64,000 bases of DNA from positions 1,862,001-1,926,000 of the forward strand of contig MU058009.1 of NCBI GenBank assembly GCA_013265495.1, in the 5' to 3' direction. The notes below the pieces were generated by a model. The model made no database searches, was not told where the DNA came from, and saw nothing but the letters and a program-made list of their open reading frames with translations. Position numbers and translations under genes: made by a program. This document shows positions 52,100 to 64,000 of this stretch, piece after piece. The first letter of the stretch is position 1; the number at the start of each line of letters is the position of its first letter. Source of the stretch: Vicugna vicugna. Its lineage: Eukaryota.

Positions 52100-53390
52100 G
52101 GACGTGGACAGTTTCAGAGATTTAATGTATTAATCAACACACTGAAATATTCTGATTCCTAAGCAGCTTTGAGTACCATCCTCTCCAGAATACATTCGAA
52201 ACAGCGTAGGTTGGGAACAGAACAAGAGTTCGCAGTAAAACCTTCCCCGCCAGTCAGTCCTTACATGGCGTTGGTCTCTGCGTGGAGGACGTGGTGTTGG
52301 GCCTCGGAGAAAGGAAGGCCCGGCACTTTCCCCACTGTGGGCTCACGTCCCACTCCCCTCCCGTCGCGCTCCTCCAAACCCTCCGCCAAAAAACACAAGG
52401 TACATTTTCTCAGAGGCATTAGCAGTCCTTTCCCTTCTAAACTGACTTTGCACCTTCAGGCTCTTCATTGCCTTCTTGGAAGATCAGGAAATACTCTTTT
52501 AACAGGTGTGTAGCCCCTGACCCCATCTAACACAAATTGGAAGAGACGTTACCCCCATTTTCAGATTGAGCATTGTTTCTCACAGGAAGACGCTCATTGC
52601 AGTTCTAGCGTGGTGGTTCAGCCTCTGTTGAAATATGTCACGTGAGATCAGCTGGGCTGAAACCCAGCTTGGCTGCAGAGTCCGGATATGCCGCAGAGCA
52701 GGCTGGGCTCCGCGCTGCTCACCACGTTGGGTTGGTAGAGGTAGACTCGTGGAGTCCACGGACCGAGCCTTTCCCTGCTCCTCTGGAAACCCAGCGTGAC
52801 CCAGGCCAAGGCGGAAGCTCCAACAACCAGGATGAAGACGGTCAGAGCCTCACCAGTGTCCCCGTGTAGCAGTGTTTCTTCTTGTCTTTGACTGGTTCAT
52901 CTCCCCCAACTTAGGAGACAATCCTTCCGTTGAAAAAACAAAAAACCCCGATGTTAAAATAAAAGCGGCTTCTTTCTTTTCAGTAGAACCAAAGTGAGAA
53001 TATAGTTTTCCCCTGATCCTACCTAAAGCTCATAACTCCTTCAGGGAGATCTTTAAAAAGATCTCCTTTGGTCTGTCCATAGGCTTTGGATGATTTTGTC
53101 TGTTCCCATCAACACTGCATGATTTCAAATAAGCCTGTTCAGGACGCTGTATGAGCTTCTGTGGCTTCCAGATTCCAGATTCCTATAAGTCCACTCCATG
53201 GTCTAATGCAGTTGCCTTGTAGAGCTGCGCGTCTCGTAGCATCCTGGTTGCAGGCTTCAGGGGCATTGTGCTGGGAGATTTTAAAGGCTCTGGTCATACT
53301 TTCATAACCCCAAATTGCTGGCTGTTTCATATTGCTTCTAGTCACTAGGTCCCTTCACGATGTTGCTTTCCTCGTGTGGAAAAGCCACTG
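52100..53390 (-). other. KCNJ1: KCNJ1 3' UTR (end approximate), candidate poly(A) signal ATTAAA at 52126-52121
   Basis: Follows the TAA stop. tttaat on the + strand at 52121-52126. Alternative AATAAA signals near 51135-51144. Confidence 0.5.
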
Positions 53391-54581
<1,191 letters not shown>

Positions 54582-54714
54582 CTAGTGAACTAGGTGACTC
54601 ATATGAAGAGTGAACTGTGCAGGAAAAGACCAGTCAGCACAGTCTGGGCTACTGATCACCTGGGCAAGCCGGCAGGTCGATTCTGGATTACACAACAGTA
54701 TTTCCTTTTTTTTC

Positions 54715-55328
54715 TATAATTCTTATTTTTTGTTGAAGTGTAGTTGATTTACAATGTTGGTTTCAGGTGTACAGCAAAGTGATTCAGTTACACATACACA
54801 CACATATTTTTTTTCAGTTCCTTTTCCATTGCAGCTCATTACAAAAAATTGAATACAGTTCCCTGTGCTGTACAGTAGGTCCTTGTTGTTTATCTGCTTT
54901 ATATTTAGTGATGTATATCTGTTAATTCTAAATCCAAATCTACCGCTGCCCCCACCACTCCCCCCCGGTAATCACAGTTTGTTTTCTTTTTTAATTTTTT
55001 AAAATTAAAAAAATTTTAGTTGAAATATGATCAGTTTACAATGTTGTATCAATTTCTTATGTACAGCATTATGTTTCAATCATACATATATATACACACA
55101 TTCCTTTTCATATTCTTTTTCATTATAGGTTACTGCAAGATATTCAATATAGTTCCCTGTGCTGTATAGTAGGACCTTGTTGTTTATCTATTTTATATAT
55201 AGTAGTTAGTATCTGGATGCCTCAAACTCCCAATTTATCACTTCCCCCTCCTCCCCCATCCCGGGTAACCATAAGTTTATTTTCTAGGTCTATGAGTCTG
55301 TTTCTGTTTCGTGAATAAGTTCATTTGC
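54715..55328 (-). mobile_element. Two tandem L1 3' end fragments in the KCNJ1 intron
   Basis: Two copies (~54715-54988 and ~54990-55328) of ttgaa...tttacaatgttg...ttccctgtgctgta...ggtaa(t/c)ca. Confidence 0.85.
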
Positions 55329-55494
55329 ACAATACTATTTTCAACAGAAACTTTATACTACAAGATCATATTGCTTAAATCTACAGAGGAAAAATAATCA
55401 CAGAGAGATAGAAATGGAAGGAACCTGAGAAAACATATATTCAAGTGTTTCCTGGCCTTAGTTAGTCACACATAGCCTTAAAAATGTTTATGAT

Positions 55495-55695
55495 AACACA
55501 GACCCAGAAAACAAATTTATGGTTACCAAAGGGGAAAGAGGACAGGGAAAGACAAATTAGGAGTTTGGGATTAGCAGATACAAACTACTATATATAAAAT
55601 AGATAAACAACAAGGTCCTACAGTACAGCACAGGGAAATATATTCAATAAATTATAATAACCTATAATGAAAAAGAATATTTAAAAGTGTGTGTG

Positions 55696-55730
<35 letters not shown>

Positions 55731-55800
55731 GAATCACTATATATACCTGAAACACAATATTGTAAATCAACCATATTTCAATTTCAATTTATAAAAGAAA
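55495..55800 (+). mobile_element. L1 3' end fragment with internal (TA)n
   Basis: aaacaaatttatggttaccaaagggg...ggagtttgggattagcagatacaaactactatatataaaatagataaacaacaaggtccta. Confidence 0.88.
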
Positions 55801-57714
55801 GAATATCATTTGATAGTTAAAAAATATTTCTGATAAGAAATTATGACCTGTACTATGATTTATTTGATATCATTATTTAAATCAACTCTCCCTTTTTTTA
55901 AATAAATTCAGCCTTGAGCTAAGGAAAAATATCTGTGAAAGCAGAAGTTGGATGCACTATTTACATGTTTATTAATGTAGAGAAATAACTAACTATGAAA
56001 AAAAGGCTAATCAATATGCGACCTAAGTCATCGTGTGCTCTGCTACTGGTACACACATGTCAAGAGAAATTATAATCCAGTTCTATTCTCTCATCTAACA
56101 TATGAAGCAACTGAGAACATTTTAATGACAGACCCAAGGTCGTGTTTCTAACCAGTGGCAGGATGACAACTAAAGCATAACGTTTGTCGTTCAGAGGAGC
56201 CCCACCACACTTCCATCTCAGTTATTACATTTTATATTCTAAAATGAGAGTTCTCTGAAATATTTTAAGACAAGCATTGGTCAATTTTCTTTTTTCTTTT
56301 TTATTTTGATGCTCGACACTGTTCAGCACAGAGTTCCTCAAGACTGTTAGATCAAGTCCTACTATAAGACCTCAAAGGTTTTCTCGGTGGACCTACAAGC
56401 CTGTTCCTACTCTGTCTCCTTGGTATGCCACGATCCCCGGAAGGAACAGTGTGAGGGTCACCATCAGCATCTCACACCTGCCTCCCTGCCCCAGGCGGAA
56501 GGGCTGGGGGGTTCTGATGTAAACAACTGCACAGAAAGGGAGAACCGCGTTTTATTCATTCCTCTATGCCAGCTGCTAACATGAACCACGGGCACGTCCT
56601 GTTTATTCGATAAACATAAACGGAATAAGAGAGTGAGTCAATTAAGCCCTTCAAACCAGTATCTGACCCGTGGCCTTATTGATAACATTCTGGCTTCCAT
56701 TTTACAGCACAAAACTGAAGGGCTTTCCCCCTCAACAGCCAACAACGCTGAACCCCGCGGTCATGGTCGTAAACACTAGCCTGCCTCCTCCCCTAGGTGT
56801 GCCCACCCCACTCCCAAGGTGTGCCTGTAGTGGTTAGCAATGTCTTCGTGGTATTTTGAATCAAATGCAAACATGTTTCTAAATTCGATTTCAAAATCCC
56901 CCTTCAAAAATGTGTTTATTCGTACAAACTAGGAAGCGAAACCAACTTAGTGACAAATTTTAAACAAAGGTGATATTCTGCAGTGTCTGGCCCATGGCCT
57001 TAAACCAAGTGCAAACACAGAAAGCCGGCCCCAGGTAGGAGTGGCGGAGAGAGAGCCACAGCTACAGGGGTTGGAAATTTTAAGGGCAGGTTCTAAAGAT
57101 GTAGAGAAAGAAACTGTTGGTGGGAGATTAAAGAGCGATGTAGCACTCAGCGGGCCCTGCCCTCACCCCGCCCGCCCTCATCAACCTCAAGACCCCAGAG
57201 AGCACTGGGGGATATGGTCCAAGTGACGCTCACCGAGGGAGGTCACCTCCTGCCTCCCCAGGCTCTTCCCTTTCCCTGCACACACCCCCTTTAACCTTGC
57301 TTACATCCACAGGCGACTTTCTCCCTCCCCCAGGTTTGTGGAAGCTCATAATGTTTAAAAAGCTCTTCACAGAGTGGATCACACCTAAAATCCTAACTTC
57401 TAAAGCCAACCTTTATCAGTGGAATCCACTTCCTCTTCGTCCTACGTGATAATTCCAGAGATGGCGCCTAATACACCAGCCTCTGAGCTTTTCTGCGCCA
57501 CTATTCACTCTCCTTCCAGTCCCACTTACATTCACCTCATTTTGGAGATAAAGAGTATTTCTGTAGAGGGAATTCATACCCCCTGATTTATCTCTTCGAT
57601 AAGTTTGGGCTTCCATGCCTGCATTACTAAGAAAATATAATCTGCCTGGCCTTGCCAAGAACTGAAACCAAAGCAAGCAGCTTGAAAAGCTTTCCCCAGA
57701 CCATCCGCACTTAC

Positions 57715-57750
57715 CAACATCTTAAACATGTTTGGACCCAAAGCGCCCAC
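57715..57750 (-). CDS. KCNJ1: KCNJ1 ROMK1-specific 5' exon, 12-codon segment. Ancestral start position is GTG; first ATG at 57729
   Basis: Minus strand reads cccagct GTG GGC GCT TTG GGT CCA AAC ATG TTT AAG ATG TTG|gtaagt. That is exactly 12 codons before a perfect phase-0 donor, like recalled human MNASSRNVFDTL and rat MGASERSVFRVL. It splices in frame to TRLLTERM. Confidence 0.75.
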
Positions 57751-60700
57751 AGCTGGGAAATGCAAGAAAGTGGTGTTGGGAGTCGGTCTCTGTATGCAGG
57801 CTGACTTCTTTTAAACCTAGCCGAATTTATCGTCGGCTCGGGCCAGTGGACTGATGCTAATTTGTTATTAGCTTGAAAACGTTAATTTGATAGTGGAGTT
57901 GTGTCGTTTAAACCAAGGCAATTGGTTGCTCTCAGACCGAGCCCCAGGCTGGGTATGTATTTTTTTTCCCAAACCTCACATGGCTTGAATACCGTCATGC
58001 TAAGACATGACAAACCACCGGCTGAGGCCCCTGGGCGGCAGGCATGGGTTCTCCTCCGGCATTTCGCCCCTCTCTCTGCCACGCTCTCCTGCTCTTTTTC
58101 CTAGAGTCTGCCTAATGACTTTCCCCAGAAACAGTTATCGTCCATCTCCCAGCCTATTCCCTGAAATACATGGAGAAACTGAGATTTCCCAGTGTTCACA
58201 AAGATACAGGTGAATGTGTTGACACAGACAAGAACGTATTTGTAGGATAAAAGTGAAATCACACCAGGAAGAAACAAGACACCACGTTAATCGCTCTGTA
58301 CAATGGTCCCTGTTACGTAAGAAACTGAGATTTAAGAGCAGCCTTTATTGTTGGATTTATTGTGTAAAATCTGGCATTTACTGAAGGTACTTTGCCCCCA
58401 GACTGGGTTAGCCAATGCTGTTGACTTATGTATTCAAACAGTGAGAAGAATTATACCTAGAGAGGGCAAAAATACAGGATAAATTCATCCTCTGAGCAAA
58501 CGCATCATTCCCAGGGCTGACACACTGTGCACAGCCGAATCCTACTTTGTTTCGACAGTGACTTTAATCCCATCACTGACAGAGCCAACATGTATATTTT
58601 GAACTATTGGGTAATTAGAGATTGGCCCCAGTGTCTGCGTTACATAACATGCACAGTTTTTAGGTTACTTTCTATTGAAATCAGTACATCTTAATAGGAA
58701 GCACAGGGCTGTACGTGAGCTAGTATTTACCAAGGTCTTCCTAACGGGCTGGCAAAGCTGGTGCGTTGTATTATCGCCATGTTCCTCACTGCTCCAGCAT
58801 TCTTTTTCTGTAAATAACCCATTCTCAAATAAATAGACTTTTGATAAACTTTCCAAACATGGAGTGTGTGCTTTTTGCGCAGGGTTTCAAAGACAGATAG
58901 AACTCTGCCCCTGTTCTCAGGGAGCTGGCAGTCGAAGGGGAAGTGAACGCAGTAAATCAGCAATTACAACGTGGTGTGGTTTGTGTAATCCCAAAGGAGC
59001 AGCTCTGCTCAAAGATCTCGATGAGCTGGATGACCGCCCCCTGCAAAGACCCCTCCACGGACAGGAAGCACACTTCCGTGTACAGTAGTTTGTGTATCCA
59101 TCATTCAGCAGCGATGATGTGTTGGTTCTAGCGTGTGTGCTAGACACTGGGGAAGCCGTCCTTCACCGAGTGGGCACGGTCTCTGTCATCCTGAAGACGT
59201 TTCTACTGCAGGTGGGAGATGTAAACGGGCTGATGAACAATCAAACGCAGTGTGACACCTGAGCAGTAGAAAACCGTGGGGGTGTCCCAGGAGCGTCCTA
59301 CATGAGGGCCAGAGAAGTGTCCCCGAGCCCAAGGCCTGGAGGTGGCATTAAAGTTACACGTAGCAGGAGCTCTGTAACTATTTGGTGAACGATGATAAAT
59401 AGGTAACACAATGCCTTTGCTATCGCTAACGTGGCCCCTCTAAGAGGCGTATTTTAGAAGAGACATTTCTGTGCACTGTCACCGTGGCTGTGTGTGGGAC
59501 CAGCGCAGGAGCCTGGAGGAACTGAGAGCCTTGCTGTGTACACAGATGACAGCGTGCTGGGTGGCGTCCTGAGACACTGGCTGGACCCACAAGCAAGGGC
59601 CGGTGCACCCAGCACTGTGGGGCCACGTGGGATGTTTTCGTTGCAGACCTCGAGGAGAAACTGAGAGCAAGAACACTGGTCTACTTCTGCCGCCGGGACA
59701 GCTCATGGTGATTCTAAGTCTGAAGTCTCCTCCGGTGAACAGCTCTTCAAATCCTTGAAGATTAATACATTTTCCTCCTGAATCTCCTTTTCTCCAGAAA
59801 AGGGCGCACTTCCTTTGCATCCACCTCCCACGTCAACCTAACCCCTCTTCCTTTAAGTGAAGTGCCTACAGCTTGGGCTCACTGATGAATTTAAAGAACC
59901 GGGATCAAGGATGACCTTCCGCAGGCATCCACCTGGGAACCAGCCATTAGGAACTTGGGGTTCCCTCCCTCCCCCTCGCCCTGCCTCCATCACACCCCCC
60001 AGCACAGTTTACCCCCACTACACAGTGAATAGATGCTGCTTTAATCATGTCTTAGAATTACAAAGACTATCGTTTCTCTACATGGAGGAAAAAACATTTG
60101 CTGTAGCCTGCCTTTTAGTTAAACCTCTTACAGTTCTTGCACAGCCTTGGTTCCTCCAGGACATTTCTGAGAGTCAAGACTGCCTGTCAGAAGTTGAAAA
60201 ATGGGAGAGATGGGGCCTGAGAGCAGAAGTCAGATGATTTTCTGTAATCCTTTTGCACTGACGGTGGAGAAGAATTTCAAGCTTCCGTGAAAACACACTG
60301 CTCTGTTTCAAGTCACCAGTCAATCGCGTGAACCCACATTTCTTGAGTTCCTGCCATAGCGAGGCATGGAAAAGACCACGGCGCAAGGTCTGCCTTCTTA
60401 GTCATGTACTCAGGCAGGCTCTCGACTCGCTGAACTTCCTATGTGCCAGGTGTGATACTAGGAACAAAAGAGGTGACAGTCCCTGCGGTCACGTTGCTCA
60501 CAGATAAGCAATAATTCAGTAATTATTCAATAATTGCAATGCAGCCGGCTGGCTGCCGTGAAGGGGGCTGAGGACAGGGCTTGGAAGCAGCCAGCAAAGA
60601 GGAGACGCAGCCGGCTGGGTGTCAGACTTACACTGTTCAACACACCTTTGCTGAGGAGCTAAAATTGAGCGCATCTGACCGATACCGCAGAGGACTTCCT

Positions 60701-62059
60701 GTTTTCTATGAAAACGGCCTCAAGCTATTGGAGGAGAGCCACCCAGCTGGGTCTGCAAACGCTCAGCACCCGGGAGCGTCAGGTCAGCCAGTCGCCCAGG
60801 CTCCACTTCCCACATCAAAACCCATCGTGGACAGAGGGCGCGTCTCCTTTCTGTTGAGTAGCTCAATAGAAGTCATCTCTGATGTCGTTGGCTCCGTCAG
60901 GCTGCTCACGTGGGGTCGCCATGAGTTCTTCTTAAGTAGAACTTGGCGAGGCTGGTGGAGACAATTCCTCCTGGCCCCGTGGGCCTGTAAAAGGGCGTCT
61001 GACCCTCAGGACCCTTCCGGGCTGAATTTGGAAATGCACTTCAGGAAAGTCCCATCTTTCTCTCGGGCGGGAGGGCGAGGGCTCCTCACAGGTCCCCTCC
61101 CCTGTAAAGCCGCATGTCTGCCTGTGTCCCGGGGGGGAATGCAGCTCAGGCCTTCCCGGGCGCCTGGCTCCTTCCAGAGGAGAGTTTGGGAACAAGAGTC
61201 GGGAATGACAAGGTCTGGGGTGTTGGTCTCAGAAGACACCTGGGCTTCTGCAGGCATCTCTGGAGCCAGCCAGGCAGGTAGCATTCTCTGACCAACTGCA
61301 GCGGTAGCTGCCATGCCCAGGGGACCCGGAGAGGGTGGGAGCCCTGGTCCAGAATGTTCACGGCACAGGTAATAACCGAAGGCAGCCAGGCAGAGTGGGA
61401 GGCGCTCCGGGGGGTAAGCACAGACGTGGACTTGAACCCCAGTCCTGTCTGAGCGGCCAGGCAACCCAAGCGAGCCCACGTAGCCTCACCTGGCCTCCGC
61501 CTTCTCACCTGCGAAACGTCTGCAATGATGGACGGCGGTAGTACGTCCTAAACGCAAGGGCATACGGGAAGCTCCCAAAACTTGAGCAGCAGCTTCACCA
61601 GGTGTCCCCAGCCCAGGCCACTGAGGGTCTGCTCTGCAGAGTCAAGCGGGCTGTGTGGGAGATGACAGCCAGGTGGGGGGAAGGCTTGAGAGAGAGAGGA
61701 ACAAATGTGACACTTCGCCGACATCTGCGAACTCTACAGGCGTCGGAGCCCATCCTCCCCTGTGGAACAGAAGACCCGGGAAAACAAAGCCTGTCTTTGT
61801 GAAGGACTTGTCGTCTCTCATCGGGGCCGGAGCCTTCTCCTGGGGAGGCGAGGACAGGAGAGAGGGAGAGACTCTTCCCTGGCAAGGCTGAAGAGCAGCG
61901 GGCCGTGGGGGGGACACCCTTCTTCTCTTGCTGCGGACGTTAACTGGCATCACGTGGTGCCACTGACCGTCTACGGACGCCCACTGAGGGGGAGGAAGCA
62001 GCGCTGCCCTCCGGGGGCTGGCCTGGCGTCCATCTAGGTCTCGGTGTTGTCAGGGGCTG

Positions 62060-62525
62060 TCCTGCTGCTCACAGCCAGGTCTCGTGGTCTCCTGTCGAAC
62101 ACACTTCACAGCACATCAGCATCAGGCAAGCTCACTTCAAAATCATGTCTGAACGCAGACAAAAACATAAACATCGTCCAAACCATGAAAGAGACCACAC
62201 ATTCCCCCATCGGCTGCTGTGAGTGATTCCTGCTTCTTCGCCAATAGCAGCTTTGAGTCTCCTCCTTCTAGAGAATAAGTTTATTAACACGCTCAGTCTT
62301 AGGAGTGCCCCTACTTGCTGACGTCTAACCCAGAGCAGACTACGGCTTCCTTAAAGCTTCTCCAAACCGCCTAGAACAAGCCCAAATCCTATTCAAGGAC
62401 TTTCTAACACTCTCTCAGGCGAGGCTCCCCCAATTCCTCAAGGTGGGTGTTCTCACTAGCTACAAAAAGTCAACTTATCCGACTCCTGGGGAGCTCCTGG
62501 TGCTCTTTGGCTGAAGGCATTGATG
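62060..62525. mobile_element. Possible old LTR remnant (family not assigned)
   Basis: The ending ctcctggtgctctttggctgaaggcattga resembles recalled ERV LTR termini. Weak. Confidence 0.3.
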
Positions 62526-64000
62526 CCCCAAGAGGGCAGAAGAAGAGGTGGAACTGAGAGGTCACAAAGTCATTTTACAATCATTCGGCGAGAACCAGTT
62601 CTGTTCCATTGCTTCCAGAAATCGCACTACGTATGTACACTTCGTATGCTTTTGTATCAGGATGGAAAATGAAGGGCCACATTTAAATACAGAAAATCAT
62701 TAAAAGGAGATAAATTTTCAAGTTCAGGTTTTAAGGTCTATCTGGGATCATTGGTCATCCTGAGATAATTCTATATTCCTCCACGGAGACCTGAATCTCT
62801 CCCTGGTACCAGAGTTGGGTCCCAGCGGAAATCATCAGAAGATGTGACGTTCCCACCAGGACAGACAGCCTGGGAGCTAGTGAGGCCGGGCCCAAGCCAG
62901 GTGTCCGCAGGGTCTCACCCGTCTTTGGTGACTTTGCCGTGCGGTCAGAAACCCGTGCTTTGGAAGCTGACGCTAATTCTGTGTGTATTGGCAGTACTGT
63001 TTCCTTATAGCGCTGCACAATTGTTTCTTCAAGCTTTTTGGAAAAGTTAGCACGTCTCAGCTCTGCAAAGAAGGACCGAAAGGGGGCCCTTCACCTCCGC
63101 CTGGTTCAGGGTCTTGCAGGGAGAGCTGCATGTCCCGGGGGGCCGGGGGCAGTGGTGACTGCAGAGCACTGGAGACGCTCGCAGTCACACAGTTGGGTCT
63201 TCTTGGCTTTTATTCTAGAGATTTCCTGAGGATTCAGGCTTCTGAACTTCAGGGGGTTCTAGGCTTACCAAGGGAGGGCATTGCTTTTTAGGTGCGAGTG
63301 GAGCGAGCCAGAGTTAAGAGGATAAACCAAGGTAAAAGCGGGGATGCCCGGCTCAGAATGAATGAAGAGAAGCCCCGGGCTGAGAAGAGTCTCTGCAGAG
63401 GGCGGAGTGGCAATTAAGGCCTGGGGGGAGGGCCTCAGCCTGCTCCAGGGCGCGCCCGGCCAGCGGCAGCCCGTGTGAACAGCGCCCTCTAGAGCACAAT
63501 GGCAGCGGTGCCCGTGGAGCAGGTGTCCGTCCAGCCACGGGGGGGAAATCTCTTGCAGCGTGGGTCCTCCACTGGCTTGGTCACTGAGAAGTCAGTGTGG
63601 ACAGGAAGCCGCTTGCCTTTGTCTGAAGAGGTGCAGGAGACGATTTTCCGAGAGTCACGTGTGACTGGAATCTGCAGTGGCCCAAGCGCTGCTGGGACTG
63701 GGGTTCCAGGGGTTGGGCTTGGAATTTGCCAAATTGCCTTTGCCAGGCTCGGGACTGGGGTGCAAGCACAGTCAGGGATACAGCTGGCAAGACACAACAA
63801 GAGAGAGAGGACAGGTCCCCGGAGGATCCCGGGTGAACCTCCATTCCATCTGTCGCAGACGCAGATGGGACCTTCCACGGAGGAGAGGATGGGGGGGTGA
63901 GTTCCCAGCCCTCCTGAAAGTCACTGTCCCCACGGTTGAAATCTAGTTTCTGATGAACCTATGACTGAAGATGAAGTTAATGCAAGGATCCAAAGGCATT

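Noticed and set aside
57855..57895. HNF1-like site (GCTAAT...ATTAGC, GTTAAT) upstream of the ROMK1 exon
   Set aside because: The spacing and second half-site do not fit GTTAATNATTAAC.
60581..61291. 236-aa ORF
   Set aside because: TTG start and no recognisable domain; expected by chance in GC-rich DNA. A homology search would settle it.
63255..63280. Possible minus-strand donor (ttg|gtaagc) of a KCNJ1 non-coding upstream exon
   Set aside because: No way to confirm a UTR exon without transcripts; such motifs are frequent by chance.

Overview
Mammalian genomic DNA, most likely camelid (inferred from tRNA-Ala-derived vic-1-like SINEs and artiodactyl-type L1 3' ends). It holds two convergent genes. 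On the + strand is the 3' part of the ETS transcription factor FLI1: coding exons 5-9 by human numbering (2021-2086, 23622-23687, 25328-25387, 27265-27312, 28478-29007) plus a ~1.5 kb 3' UTR. On the - strand is the renal inward-rectifier K+ channel KCNJ1/ROMK: main coding exon 54530-53391 and the ROMK1-specific upstream exon with its donor at 57715. The rest is intron or intergenic DNA with L1, MIR, MaLR/ERVL LTR, MER5 and SINE remnants, microsatellites, CpG islands and a strong CTCF motif. I see no evidence of a new multi-gene system. The most interesting observations are: the ROMK1 start codon position reads GTG, with in-frame ATGs downstream; ROMK has substitutions at functionally studied positions (N124H, G223S); a 115-bp locally templated duplication interrupts a MIR; and there are a solo poly(A) insertion and a 5'-inverted L1, both with target-site duplications. 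Ortholog and repeat-family comparisons are from recalled sequences, not searches. Repeat boundaries are approximate.
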